This document shows, piece by piece, positions 48,468 through 57,029 of a DNA stretch of 64,000 bases. Source of the stretch: an uncultured Gammaproteobacteria bacterium (GTDB lineage Bacteria; Patescibacteriota; Microgenomatia; UBA8517). Below the pieces are notes generated by a model. The model was given only the letters and a program-made list of their open reading frames with translations, made no database searches and had not been told where the DNA came from. Both the position numbers and the translations under genes were made by a program. How positions within the stretch are numbered: position 1 is the first letter of the stretch; each line of letters starts with the position of its first letter. The stretch lies in assembly GCA_964494885.1 (NCBI GenBank), contig CAZBTH010000004.1:6459-70458 (forward strand), read 5' to 3'.

Positions 48468-48536
48468 ATGTTTGCGTATTTCTATTGGTTAAATGTTATC
48501 ATATGCAAACCCTGCGGGCAAAGACCCTTTATCTAT

Positions 48537-50261
48537 ATGCAAAAATTAAGACTCGCAACTCCTCTAATGATAATATCATCCATTTTTTTAGGTATATTTT
48601 CTTTCTACAATTTTAGATTTACGGATAAAATATATCCAAACACTTTTGTCGGAAGTTTCAATCTTGGTGGCTTAAAAGTAAGTGAGGCTCATGCTTTGTT
48701 GTCACGTAAGGTTTCCCCTCAAGATAAATTAGTTTTAAATAACGGAACCATGACGTTTGAAATAAGAGCAAAGGATATAGATTTATCCTATGATCTGAAT
48801 GCTTCAACCATGCGAGCATATAATCTGACCCGTACAGGAAACATTTTTTTTGACTGGGCCAAAAGAATAAATTTGTTAAGAAATCCAACATATATCGGTC
48901 TAACGACCAACTTAAATGAGGAAAAGCTTACAAAAATTTTGTCGGTAATTGCAGGGCAGGACTATGTCGAGCCAATTTCTCCATCGATCAAGATTGTCAA
49001 CGGACAAGCTGTCGTATTTGCAGGTAAAGCCGGCACCGAAATCGACCAACAAAGCCTTAGGGCCAAAATCGGAAGGAGCCTTGCCTATGCATCCGATGAA
49101 CAAATTCAAATACCCGTCGAGACAGTTGATATATCGCTAACTGATCAGGAGGCGAACGAAGCCATGATTCTTGTACAAAAATTTGTAGGTAAAAAAATCA
49201 CAATAAATTTTGAGTCCCATCGGTTTATTTTTTACGACACGGATTTACTAAAATTTTTAAACCTCAAAGGTGGGTTTGACGAGGAAACGATTAATTTTAA
49301 TCTGAGAAACATTTCCACCAGGATAAACAGGAACCCACAAAACCCAAAATTTAATTTTAACGGGGGTAAAGTAACCGAATTTTTACCAGCGCTCGACGGT
49401 GTTCTTGTTGACACCGAAGCAACTAAGGAAAAAATTATTACCTCATTTAATTTTTTAGTGGCCAATAAACAATTGGAAACATCTTTCGATTTACCTGTTA
49501 AGAGAACACCTCCGGAAATAACAACTGATAAAGTAAACAACCTTGGTATAAAAGAACTAATCGGACGTGGAACTTCAACTTATTACCACTCTATCCCCTC
49601 CCGTGTTTACAACGTGTCCCTTGCAGCCGGCCGAATTAACGGAACACTAGTGGCACCCGATGAAACTTTTTCATTTAACAACACCTTGGGGGATGTCTCT
49701 GCGTTTACAGGTTACCAACAGGCGTATATAATTTCCGGCGGAAAAACAATTCTTGGAGACGGTGGTGGAGTATGTCAAGTTTCGACAACCCTCTTTAGAG
49801 CGGTTTTAAACGCTGGCCTTCCTATTACTGAAAGGGCTGCACATGCGTATCGCGTCGGTTATTACGAACAGGGTTCATCCCCTGGGCTAGATGCTACGGT
49901 TTATGGACCGTCACCGGATTTTAAGTTTATCAACAACACTCAAAACTATGTGTTAATTGAGTCTTATGTCGATCCAAAACACTACTCTCTGGCCATCGAA
50001 ATCTATGGAACCAGCGATGGAAGGGTCGCCACTGTTACAAAACCCGTGATTTCAAATGTCATTTCCTCTCTCCCGACCGTCTATCAGGACGACCCAACCC
50101 TTCCGGCCGGAAGTGTCAAACAGATTGACTATGCTGCTTCAGGAGCCAGGGTCTCGTTCAGTTATACTGTTAAACGTGCAGGTGAAGTAATTTTTGAAAA
50201 ATTTTTTGTCAGCAATTATCGTCCATGGGCGGCGGTTTATCTCCGCGGGACAAAAATCTAG
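48537..50261 (+). CDS. VanW-family protein
   Basis: signal anchor then C-terminal VanW core (ISGGKTILGDGGGVCQVSTTLFRAV); start chosen at MQKLRL. Confidence 0.7.
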   Translation: MQKLRLATPLMIISSIFLGIFSFYNFRFTDKIYPNTFVGSFNLGGLKVSEAHALLSRKVSPQDKLVLNNGTMTFEIRAKDIDLSYDLNASTMRAYNLTRTGNIFFDWAKRINLLRNPTYIGLTTNLNEEKLTKILSVIAGQDYVEPISPSIKIVNGQAVVFAGKAGTEIDQQSLRAKIGRSLAYASDEQIQIPVETVDISLTDQEANEAMILVQKFVGKKITINFESHRFIFYDTDLLKFLNLKGGFDEETINFNLRNISTRINRNPQNPKFNFNGGKVTEFLPALDGVLVDTEATKEKIITSFNFLVANKQLETSFDLPVKRTPPEITTDKVNNLGIKELIGRGTSTYYHSIPSRVYNVSLAAGRINGTLVAPDETFSFNNTLGDVSAFTGYQQAYIISGGKTILGDGGGVCQVSTTLFRAVLNAGLPITERAAHAYRVGYYEQGSSPGLDATVYGPSPDFKFINNTQNYVLIESYVDPKHYSLAIEIYGTSDGRVATVTKPVISNVISSLPTVYQDDPTLPAGSVKQIDYAASGARVSFSYTVKRAGEVIFEKFFVSNYRPWAAVYLRGTKI

Positions 50262-50273
50262 TATAATTGCCTC

Positions 50274-50918
50274 ATGGACATCGTTTCGGTTTTAGACTCA
50301 GTAGCACTTCTTTTTGAAAAATACGGATATTTAATTATTTTTTTGGGATCTCTAATTGAAATTACCCCCTTTGCATGGGCAGTACCAGGGGGAGGAATTT
50401 TGATTATAGCTGGCTATATTTCCAACGGCGACCAGCAGTTGCCTGTAATCCCCGTAATTATTATCGGAACACTCGGAGCTTGGCTGGCATTTTTACTTGC
50501 TTATATGTTTGGTAAAGAAACCGGAATGTGGCTTGTTAAGAAACTTCATCAAGAAAGAAATGCTAAATTTGCCAAACAACTGTTACAAAAAAATGGTGCG
50601 GTAATTTTGACAACTTCCATGATGGCAAACTTAACAAGATTCTGGATCAGTTATATTGCAGGTGTTGAGAAGTATAACTTCTGGAAATTCAATTTGTATG
50701 CAGTTGGAGCTTCTTTAAGCTGGGTTTCTTTGATGACTTTAATCGGCTATTTTGCCGGATACCAAAAAGAGGATTTAAAAAATGTGGTTAGCAGCATCGG
50801 GATACTGGCCTGGATATTTTTGGTGATAGCTGTTCTTGTGATATTTAAAGCCATAAAACACGAATATAAACACTTTAAGGACGATGAACCCCACGATGAA
50901 AGTCATAAACAAGTTTGA
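50274..50918 (+). CDS. DedA/VTT-domain membrane protein
   Basis: 214 aa, DedA-like TM pattern with re-entrant loops, GYLIIFLGSLIE...PGG. Confidence 0.75.
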   Translation: MDIVSVLDSVALLFEKYGYLIIFLGSLIEITPFAWAVPGGGILIIAGYISNGDQQLPVIPVIIIGTLGAWLAFLLAYMFGKETGMWLVKKLHQERNAKFAKQLLQKNGAVILTTSMMANLTRFWISYIAGVEKYNFWKFNLYAVGASLSWVSLMTLIGYFAGYQKEDLKNVVSSIGILAWIFLVIAVLVIFKAIKHEYKHFKDDEPHDESHKQV

Positions 50919-51945
50919 TAACAAATTAATAATAGGTGTTCTAAAACAAGGAGGTCTTGTGATATTTCCCTGCGAAACTGTTTATGGCGCCGCCGTTGAT
51001 TCATCAAATAAAAATGCCGTTAAAAAATTAAATAAATATAAAAAACGCCCTTTCGGAAAACCATATGCAATTATGTGCGCCGATCAAAAAATGGCGGAGA
51101 AATACGTTGAGTTGAATGCAACCGCCAAAAATCTCTATCGCACATTTCTCCCCGGCCCGGTCACCGTAATTTCAAAAGGTAAAGGTAAAGTTACAAAGGG
51201 AATAGAATCTGAGACCGGAACACTAGGTATCAGAATTCCTGATTATACCGATCTCTTAAAATTAATTACTGAATTCGAAAGGCCGATTGTGGCCACAAGC
51301 GCCAACTCTTCTTATCAAAAACGCCCCTACCAAATATCGGATGTATTAAATAACATTTCTAACAAGCAAAAGGGGTTAGTCGATTTGATAATTGACGTTG
51401 GTAAACTACCCCACAATGAACCGTCAACAGTAATCGATACCACACTGGATGAAGCGGTTGTTCTACGGCAAGGCGACATTAAACTCAAAGACAGAAATGA
51501 AGTTCTGAGTAGGGGTGAGGAAAATACTCAAAATGTGGGTAAAGAGCTTTGGCAAAAATACGAAAGTTATGTCGGGAAGCGTGCAATTGTCTTTGCACTT
51601 CAAGGAGAAATGGGGGCAGGCAAAACTCAGTTTACAAAAGGTCTCGCCCGTGCCATGGGTATAAAAGAACTGGTAACCTCCCCTACTTATGCATTGGAAA
51701 ATGAATACAAGGGAGAAAACGGAAGTTTGGTTCATATCGATGCCTGGCGATTTGAAAATTCGGACGAGCTTAAGCTTTTGGGTTTTGCTGATCTAATTAA
51801 AAATAAGTCTATTGTTTCCGTGGAATGGGCTGACCGTGTCACCGATGTTGTACGTGAATTTGACGACGAGGCAATAGTCATTTGGGTAAGAATTGCCTTA
51901 GGTAAAACTGAGGGTGAAAGGTTTATCAGTTGGGGAAATATTTAA
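50884..51945 (+). CDS. tsaC/tsaE: bifunctional TsaC(YrdC)-TsaE(YjeE) fusion, t6A biosynthesis
   Basis: N-half YrdC fold (VIFPCETVYGAAVD), C-half P-loop ATPase GEMGAGKTQFTKGLARAMG...SPTYALENEY...HIDAWRF typical TsaE. Confidence 0.8.
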   Translation: MNPTMKVINKFDNKLIIGVLKQGGLVIFPCETVYGAAVDSSNKNAVKKLNKYKKRPFGKPYAIMCADQKMAEKYVELNATAKNLYRTFLPGPVTVISKGKGKVTKGIESETGTLGIRIPDYTDLLKLITEFERPIVATSANSSYQKRPYQISDVLNNISNKQKGLVDLIIDVGKLPHNEPSTVIDTTLDEAVVLRQGDIKLKDRNEVLSRGEENTQNVGKELWQKYESYVGKRAIVFALQGEMGAGKTQFTKGLARAMGIKELVTSPTYALENEYKGENGSLVHIDAWRFENSDELKLLGFADLIKNKSIVSVEWADRVTDVVREFDDEAIVIWVRIALGKTEGERFISWGNI

Positions 51946-51948
51946 AAA

Positions 51949-52455
51949 ATGAAAGAGATATACCAACAATCATATGTAGCTTTTCCAATTAAAGAAGGCT
52001 CATTACTTAAATATATTAGAACAATAAATCCAAATAAAAAATTTGCTCATTTTACTGTACAGATGCTTGATCAGGTTGACGACGACAAACTTCTTCAAGT
52101 CAAAGACTTAATTCTCGCCAACGGAAATTTGATTGCAAACACCATACTAAGACCACAAGAATTGGACATTGTCGGAATACACGGAAAAACATTAGTCTTA
52201 AAAATTGAAAAAACACGGGAGATAGAAGAGTTGCACAAACTTTTTGAGGATAATTTTGGTATAACTAACGGCAGGCAAATCGAATTTTTACCACACATAT
52301 CTATTTATAAGGATTACAGGAGATCCGGAAGTATAAAACTTCCCAAGAATGCTTACACCATTAATAGTAAGGGCTCTTACCGACCTGAAAATATAGGTAT
52401 TTATTACAGAACTGAAGAAAACGCCACAGCCTTATTGTTTTCCCACAAAATATGA
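51949..52455 (+). CDS. 2H phosphoesterase (LigT-like 2'-5' RNA ligase/cyclic phosphodiesterase)
   Basis: two H-x-T/S motifs (AHFTVQ; PHISIY), 168 aa. Confidence 0.65.
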   Translation: MKEIYQQSYVAFPIKEGSLLKYIRTINPNKKFAHFTVQMLDQVDDDKLLQVKDLILANGNLIANTILRPQELDIVGIHGKTLVLKIEKTREIEELHKLFEDNFGITNGRQIEFLPHISIYKDYRRSGSIKLPKNAYTINSKGSYRPENIGIYYRTEENATALLFSHKI

Positions 52456-53492
52456 CAATCCTATCTATCGATACATCGTGTGATGAAACAGCTTGTGCTA
52501 TTACCAGTGACACAAAAATTTTATCCAATGTTATTTGGTCACAGGTAAAAGATCATGCAAATTTTGGGGGCGTGATGCCGTCGCTAGCTCAACGCATGCA
52601 CCAAGAAAGAATAGATTTTGTGGTCAATAAGGCTCTAACCAATGCTCACTGTTCACCGTCCACCGTTGATTATATCGCCGTGACCGTTGGTCCAGGATTG
52701 TCCATCGCACTTGGGGTTGGAGTAAACAAAGCAAAAGAACTGGCAAATAAATATAATAAAAAATTAATTGCTGTGAACCACCTGGAAGGACACCTGCTCT
52801 CTGTTTTTGCAAATAACAAATTACAAATATCAAATGTCAAATTCCCAATGATGGGACTGGTAGTATCTGGGGGAAATACTCTTCTCGTAAAAATTAATAA
52901 AATAGGAGAGTATGAAACGCTGGCCCAAACAGCCGATGACGCACTTGGTGAGGCATTAGATAAAGCCGCAAGAATGTTGGGCCTGGGTTACCCTGGTGGG
53001 GCCATATTAGAAAAATTTGCAAAGTTGGGGGATCCTGCAAAATATAAACTTCCAATTCCAATGGTCGGACAGGAACAAAGAAAAATTTTTTCATATTCTG
53101 GACTGAAGACTTCAATGATGAGAAAGATACAAGAATTAAGAATCAAGAATGAAAAAATAAGCAAACAAGACGTTTACGACTTAGCCGCTAGTTTCCAAAA
53201 CGCTGCTTTCTCTCATTTGATCCGTGTCGTGCAGTATGCCATAAGCCATATGCCATATGACATAAAGCATTTGCTTGTCGGAGGGGGTGTTTCTGCTAAT
53301 ATCGAAATTAGAAAGCGATTAAGACATATGGGCGAACAATTTGATTTTAAAGTGTCTTTTCCTTATTCCAAGAAACTAACAGGTGATAATGCCGCAATGA
53401 TTGGAATCGCGGCTTATTTCAAAGCGCAAAGAGGAGAATTTGTTAATCCCAAAACCATTGGTCGAATTCCCAACCTAAAAATTGATGGCTAA
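52452..53492 (+). CDS. tsaD: tRNA N6-adenosine threonylcarbamoyltransferase TsaD
   Basis: MTILSIDTSCDETACAI..., Kae1/TsaD ASKHA fold motifs (GVMPSLAQRMHQE; VSGGNTLL). Confidence 0.9.
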   Translation: MTILSIDTSCDETACAITSDTKILSNVIWSQVKDHANFGGVMPSLAQRMHQERIDFVVNKALTNAHCSPSTVDYIAVTVGPGLSIALGVGVNKAKELANKYNKKLIAVNHLEGHLLSVFANNKLQISNVKFPMMGLVVSGGNTLLVKINKIGEYETLAQTADDALGEALDKAARMLGLGYPGGAILEKFAKLGDPAKYKLPIPMVGQEQRKIFSYSGLKTSMMRKIQELRIKNEKISKQDVYDLAASFQNAAFSHLIRVVQYAISHMPYDIKHLLVGGGVSANIEIRKRLRHMGEQFDFKVSFPYSKKLTGDNAAMIGIAAYFKAQRGEFVNPKTIGRIPNLKIDG

Positions 53493-55653
53493 TTTTCTCC
53501 GATTAGATTATAATTCAGCCATGGACCCTCAGTATGACCATTCAAAATACGAATCGGATATTTACAATAAATGGGAAAAGTCTGGCTCTTTTTCACCACA
53601 GACCTCTGCTCACGGCTTGCCGTTCACTGTGATTATGCCTCCCCCCAATGCCAACGACCCGCTTCATATTGGTCACGCAAGATTTATCGCGATTGAAGAT
53701 ACATTAATCCGCTACCACCGCATGAAGGGTGAACAAACTCTATGGCTTCCGGGAAGCGACCATGCAGGTATCGAAACTCAATATGTTTTTGAGAAAAAAC
53801 TGGCCAAGGAAGATAAAAGCAGGTTTGATTTTGACCGCGACACCCTCTACAAAATGATTTGGGGTTATGTTCAGAACAATACAGGGGTAATGGAATCTCA
53901 ACTTAAAAAACTCGGCGCTTCTTGCGACTGGAACAGATTTAAATTCACACTTGACCCTGAAATTGTAAAAATTGTCTATAAAACATTTAAAAAATTAGAA
54001 ATCGACGGACTTCTTTATAGAGGAGAAAGGATAGTTAATTACTGCTCTAGGTGTGGTACCGCCTATTCACAGCTCGAGGTTGACTATGTTGAAAAAGACC
54101 ATAATCTATATTATTTGGACTATGGAACCGTAACTATAGCAACCACCCGTCCGGAAACTATATTTGCAGATGTGGCAGTTGCAGTTAATCCGAAAGATGT
54201 AAAATACAAAAATCTTGTCGGTTTAACCGCAAAAATACCGCTAATTAACCGCGATGTTCCGATAATTACGGATAAGCTGGTAGATGTAACTTTTGGGACA
54301 GGCGCACTCAAAATAACACCCGCGCATGATCCCATAGATTTCGAAATTGGAAAATCAAATAAATTACCGTTAATTTCGGTAATCGATGAAAAAGGTAGGA
54401 TGACAGGCACGCCGGAGAAATATATTGGCATGAAAGTACTCACCGCCCGTGAAGAAGTAGTCAAAGACCTTGAACTAGCAGGAAAGGTAAAGAAAATTGA
54501 AAAAATTCATCACACCGTTGGAACTTGTTATCGGGATCACGGAATTTTGGAACCGATGGTTTCAAAGCAATGGTATATCAAAGTTGAACCATTAGCCAAA
54601 AAGGTATTGACTTCAATTAAAAACAAAGAAGTTAAGTTTACGGCCAAAAAATATGAAAAGATTGCAATTCACTGGCTTAAAAACTTAAGGGATTGGAATA
54701 TAAGCCGTCAAATAGTCTGGGGCATAAGAATTCCTGCGTATAGATGTGGAGGGTGTATGGAGTGGAATATCACAGACGGTGAAATCCCGGCTAAGTGTAA
54801 CAAATGCGGCAATGGGGTTTTGACACAAGACACTGACACTTTTGATACCTGGTTTTCTTCCGGACAATGGCCGTTCGCTACATTACAAACCACCAACCCT
54901 GGAGATTTTGAAAAATATTACCCGACAAGTGTCATGAATACCGGTTACGACATTCTCCCCTTCTGGGTAATTAGAATGCTTATGCTTGGCATTTTCACAA
55001 CGGGGAAGGTCCCTTTTGAAACAGTTTTACTTCACGGACTGGTTCGGGATAAAGAAGGGCTTAAGATCAGCAAATCTAAAGGAAATGGTATTGATCCAGT
55101 ACTAATGTCTGAAAAATACGGCGCTGACGCTTTGCGTATGGGACTTCTTTGGGGCGCTTTAGTTGAAAACGACGTGACACTTTCCGAAGACAAAATTAAC
55201 GGACAAAGGAAATTTGCCAATAAAATTTGGAATATTGCGAGGTTTGTTCTTTCGAACAAACAGAGTGAAAGAGTGAAAGAGTTAAAGAGTAAAAGTAAAA
55301 ACACAGACGACGAATGGATACTAAAGGAACTTAAAGAAACTACAAAGAAGGTTACAAAAGCTCTTAATAAATACAGACTTAATGAAGCGGCCGAAGAAAT
55401 CTACGATTTTATTTGGCACAAATTTGCAGATATTTATATTGAAAAAGTAAAAGGGCCTTTCGACAAAGAATCCGGTAAGCTAACTGTCCGTGAAAGCGCA
55501 ATTCCCACTCTCTACAAAGTGCTTGAGTCCGGCCTTAAACTTCTTCATCCTTTTATGCCTTTTGTCACAGAACAAGTTTGGCATGAGATGGGAAACAGGG
55601 ATCTTCTTATCGCGTCAGCGTGGCCAATTACTACGGAGTGGCCAGAGGTGTAG
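53482..55653 (+). CDS. valS: valyl-tRNA synthetase (compact, lacks C-terminal coiled coil)
   Basis: PPPNANDPLHIGHA (HIGH), DTWFSSGQWPF, KISKSKGN (KMSKS); 723 aa. Confidence 0.85.
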   Translation: MMANFLRLDYNSAMDPQYDHSKYESDIYNKWEKSGSFSPQTSAHGLPFTVIMPPPNANDPLHIGHARFIAIEDTLIRYHRMKGEQTLWLPGSDHAGIETQYVFEKKLAKEDKSRFDFDRDTLYKMIWGYVQNNTGVMESQLKKLGASCDWNRFKFTLDPEIVKIVYKTFKKLEIDGLLYRGERIVNYCSRCGTAYSQLEVDYVEKDHNLYYLDYGTVTIATTRPETIFADVAVAVNPKDVKYKNLVGLTAKIPLINRDVPIITDKLVDVTFGTGALKITPAHDPIDFEIGKSNKLPLISVIDEKGRMTGTPEKYIGMKVLTAREEVVKDLELAGKVKKIEKIHHTVGTCYRDHGILEPMVSKQWYIKVEPLAKKVLTSIKNKEVKFTAKKYEKIAIHWLKNLRDWNISRQIVWGIRIPAYRCGGCMEWNITDGEIPAKCNKCGNGVLTQDTDTFDTWFSSGQWPFATLQTTNPGDFEKYYPTSVMNTGYDILPFWVIRMLMLGIFTTGKVPFETVLLHGLVRDKEGLKISKSKGNGIDPVLMSEKYGADALRMGLLWGALVENDVTLSEDKINGQRKFANKIWNIARFVLSNKQSERVKELKSKSKNTDDEWILKELKETTKKVTKALNKYRLNEAAEEIYDFIWHKFADIYIEKVKGPFDKESGKLTVRESAIPTLYKVLESGLKLLHPFMPFVTEQVWHEMGNRDLLIASAWPITTEWPEV

Positions 55654-56041
55654 CCGAAGGGGAAGCCGTCGCACTTGAGGTGGCCTCCGGTGCAAACGAG
55701 GGAGTCGCTTCAGGTGAATTCGTAGGCACTACAGTTTGTATCGGTGTTGCTACAGGTGTTGGGGTGGAAACCTGCTTCAGAGAACCGGTAAAAAACTTTG
55801 ACCCAACCATGTAGGCAACCGCAACCACAAGTGAAACCGCAAGAAGAACCATGGAAATAATTAAAAGAGGGGAATTCTTTTTTTGTGGTGGAGCTGAAAG
55901 CGGAGGTTCTGCAGTAGTACTAATCGGAGGGGGCGATACCACCTGAGGAGTAACCTCCGGCGGAACCGCAATGGGTTGCTGAGGAGCTTGAGGAAAATTC
56001 TGTAAATTTTCCCCTTGCGGCATCGGGTTATTCGGATCCAT
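55631..56041 (-). CDS. Pro-rich membrane protein with Thr/Pro-rich ectodomain
   Basis: 136 aa, single TM; converges on and overlaps valS stop by ~20 nt. Confidence 0.4.
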   Translation of the reverse strand: MDPNNPMPQGENLQNFPQAPQQPIAVPPEVTPQVVSPPPISTTAEPPLSAPPQKKNSPLLIISMVLLAVSLVVAVAYMVGSKFFTGSLKQVSTPTPVATPIQTVVPTNSPEATPSFAPEATSSATASPSATPLATP

Positions 56042-56056
56042 AATTTACATTAACAC

Positions 56057-56326
56057 ATGTCATATAAAAAGGTCAAACAAAGCTTTGTACAATTTTTTAT
56101 TTATGCTCTTTTGTTATTAGTTCTCTTTCTTTCAGCGTTTGATATCGGCATCTTTCTTAAGTTAAAGAGAGAAGTATTGGGAGTAAAAACATCAAACAAT
56201 GAACAAGCCTTTTGGACGGATTTCACAAATAATCACCCGAAATACATTCCTGGATGGATTGAGCTTGGGAGAATGGAAAAGGTTAGAGAAATAGACCCAA
56301 ATTACATACCAGATACTAGTTACTAG
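56057..56326 (+). CDS. small membrane protein
   Basis: 89 aa, one TM. Confidence 0.3.
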   Translation: MSYKKVKQSFVQFFIYALLLLVLFLSAFDIGIFLKLKREVLGVKTSNNEQAFWTDFTNNHPKYIPGWIELGRMEKVREIDPNYIPDTSY

Positions 56327-56336
56327 AAACTAGATA

Positions 56337-57026
56337 CTAGCCTTTGGGTTCTTCCTTAGGGGCTTCTGCGGGTTGCTCGCCCTTCTGTCCTTCGGCAGGC
56401 TCGGGACCTTCGGCAACCACTTCGCCTTCAGCACCAACGGGAACTATTGGGGTCTCCACCACTTCCTCTTTTTGGGGAGGTTCGACTTTAACTACTATTT
56501 CTTCCTCTTCAGTTTTTATATCGACCTTTGTCCTATCAACCTTAAGGTTTTTAACTAAAATAGATTGATCAATCTCAGCTAATTCGGATGTATCAACGAC
56601 AAATTTCTCGGGTAAATCCGTAGGAAGCGCTTCAACTTTGATTTCGTTAATATACTGGACAACGGTTCCCAAAGCCTGTTTTTCGGCCGGAGATTCACCG
56701 ATAAGCTCTACCGGAACATCTGCCTCAACTTTTTGCTTAAGATCTACCTGAAGAAAGTCTATATGCAACACCTCATCGGTTTTAGAATTCTTTTGAACAT
56801 TGTGGACTAAAACAGGTCTCTTATCTCCCTTTATATCTAATTCTACTAGCCCGGTTTCACCAACCTCCTTATACACACTATCAAAATCTTTCAATAAAAC
56901 CTGTATTGCAAAGGACTTAATTTTTTTGCCCGATATGTTACTTGGAATCAATCCGCTTTGTCTAAGTGTTTTGACCTTACGTCCTGAAATCTTCCTCTCT
57001 TCTGCTTTTAGTGTTTTTTTGTCCAT
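56337..57026 (-). CDS. rplY: 50S ribosomal protein L25 / general stress protein Ctc
   Basis: N-terminal L25 domain (R.SGLIPSNI.GK.I...) plus acidic/Pro-rich C-terminal extension. Confidence 0.85.
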   Translation of the reverse strand: MDKKTLKAEERKISGRKVKTLRQSGLIPSNISGKKIKSFAIQVLLKDFDSVYKEVGETGLVELDIKGDKRPVLVHNVQKNSKTDEVLHIDFLQVDLKQKVEADVPVELIGESPAEKQALGTVVQYINEIKVEALPTDLPEKFVVDTSELAEIDQSILVKNLKVDRTKVDIKTEEEEIVVKVEPPQKEEVVETPIVPVGAEGEVVAEGPEPAEGQKGEQPAEAPKEEPKG

Positions 57027-57029
57027 TTT

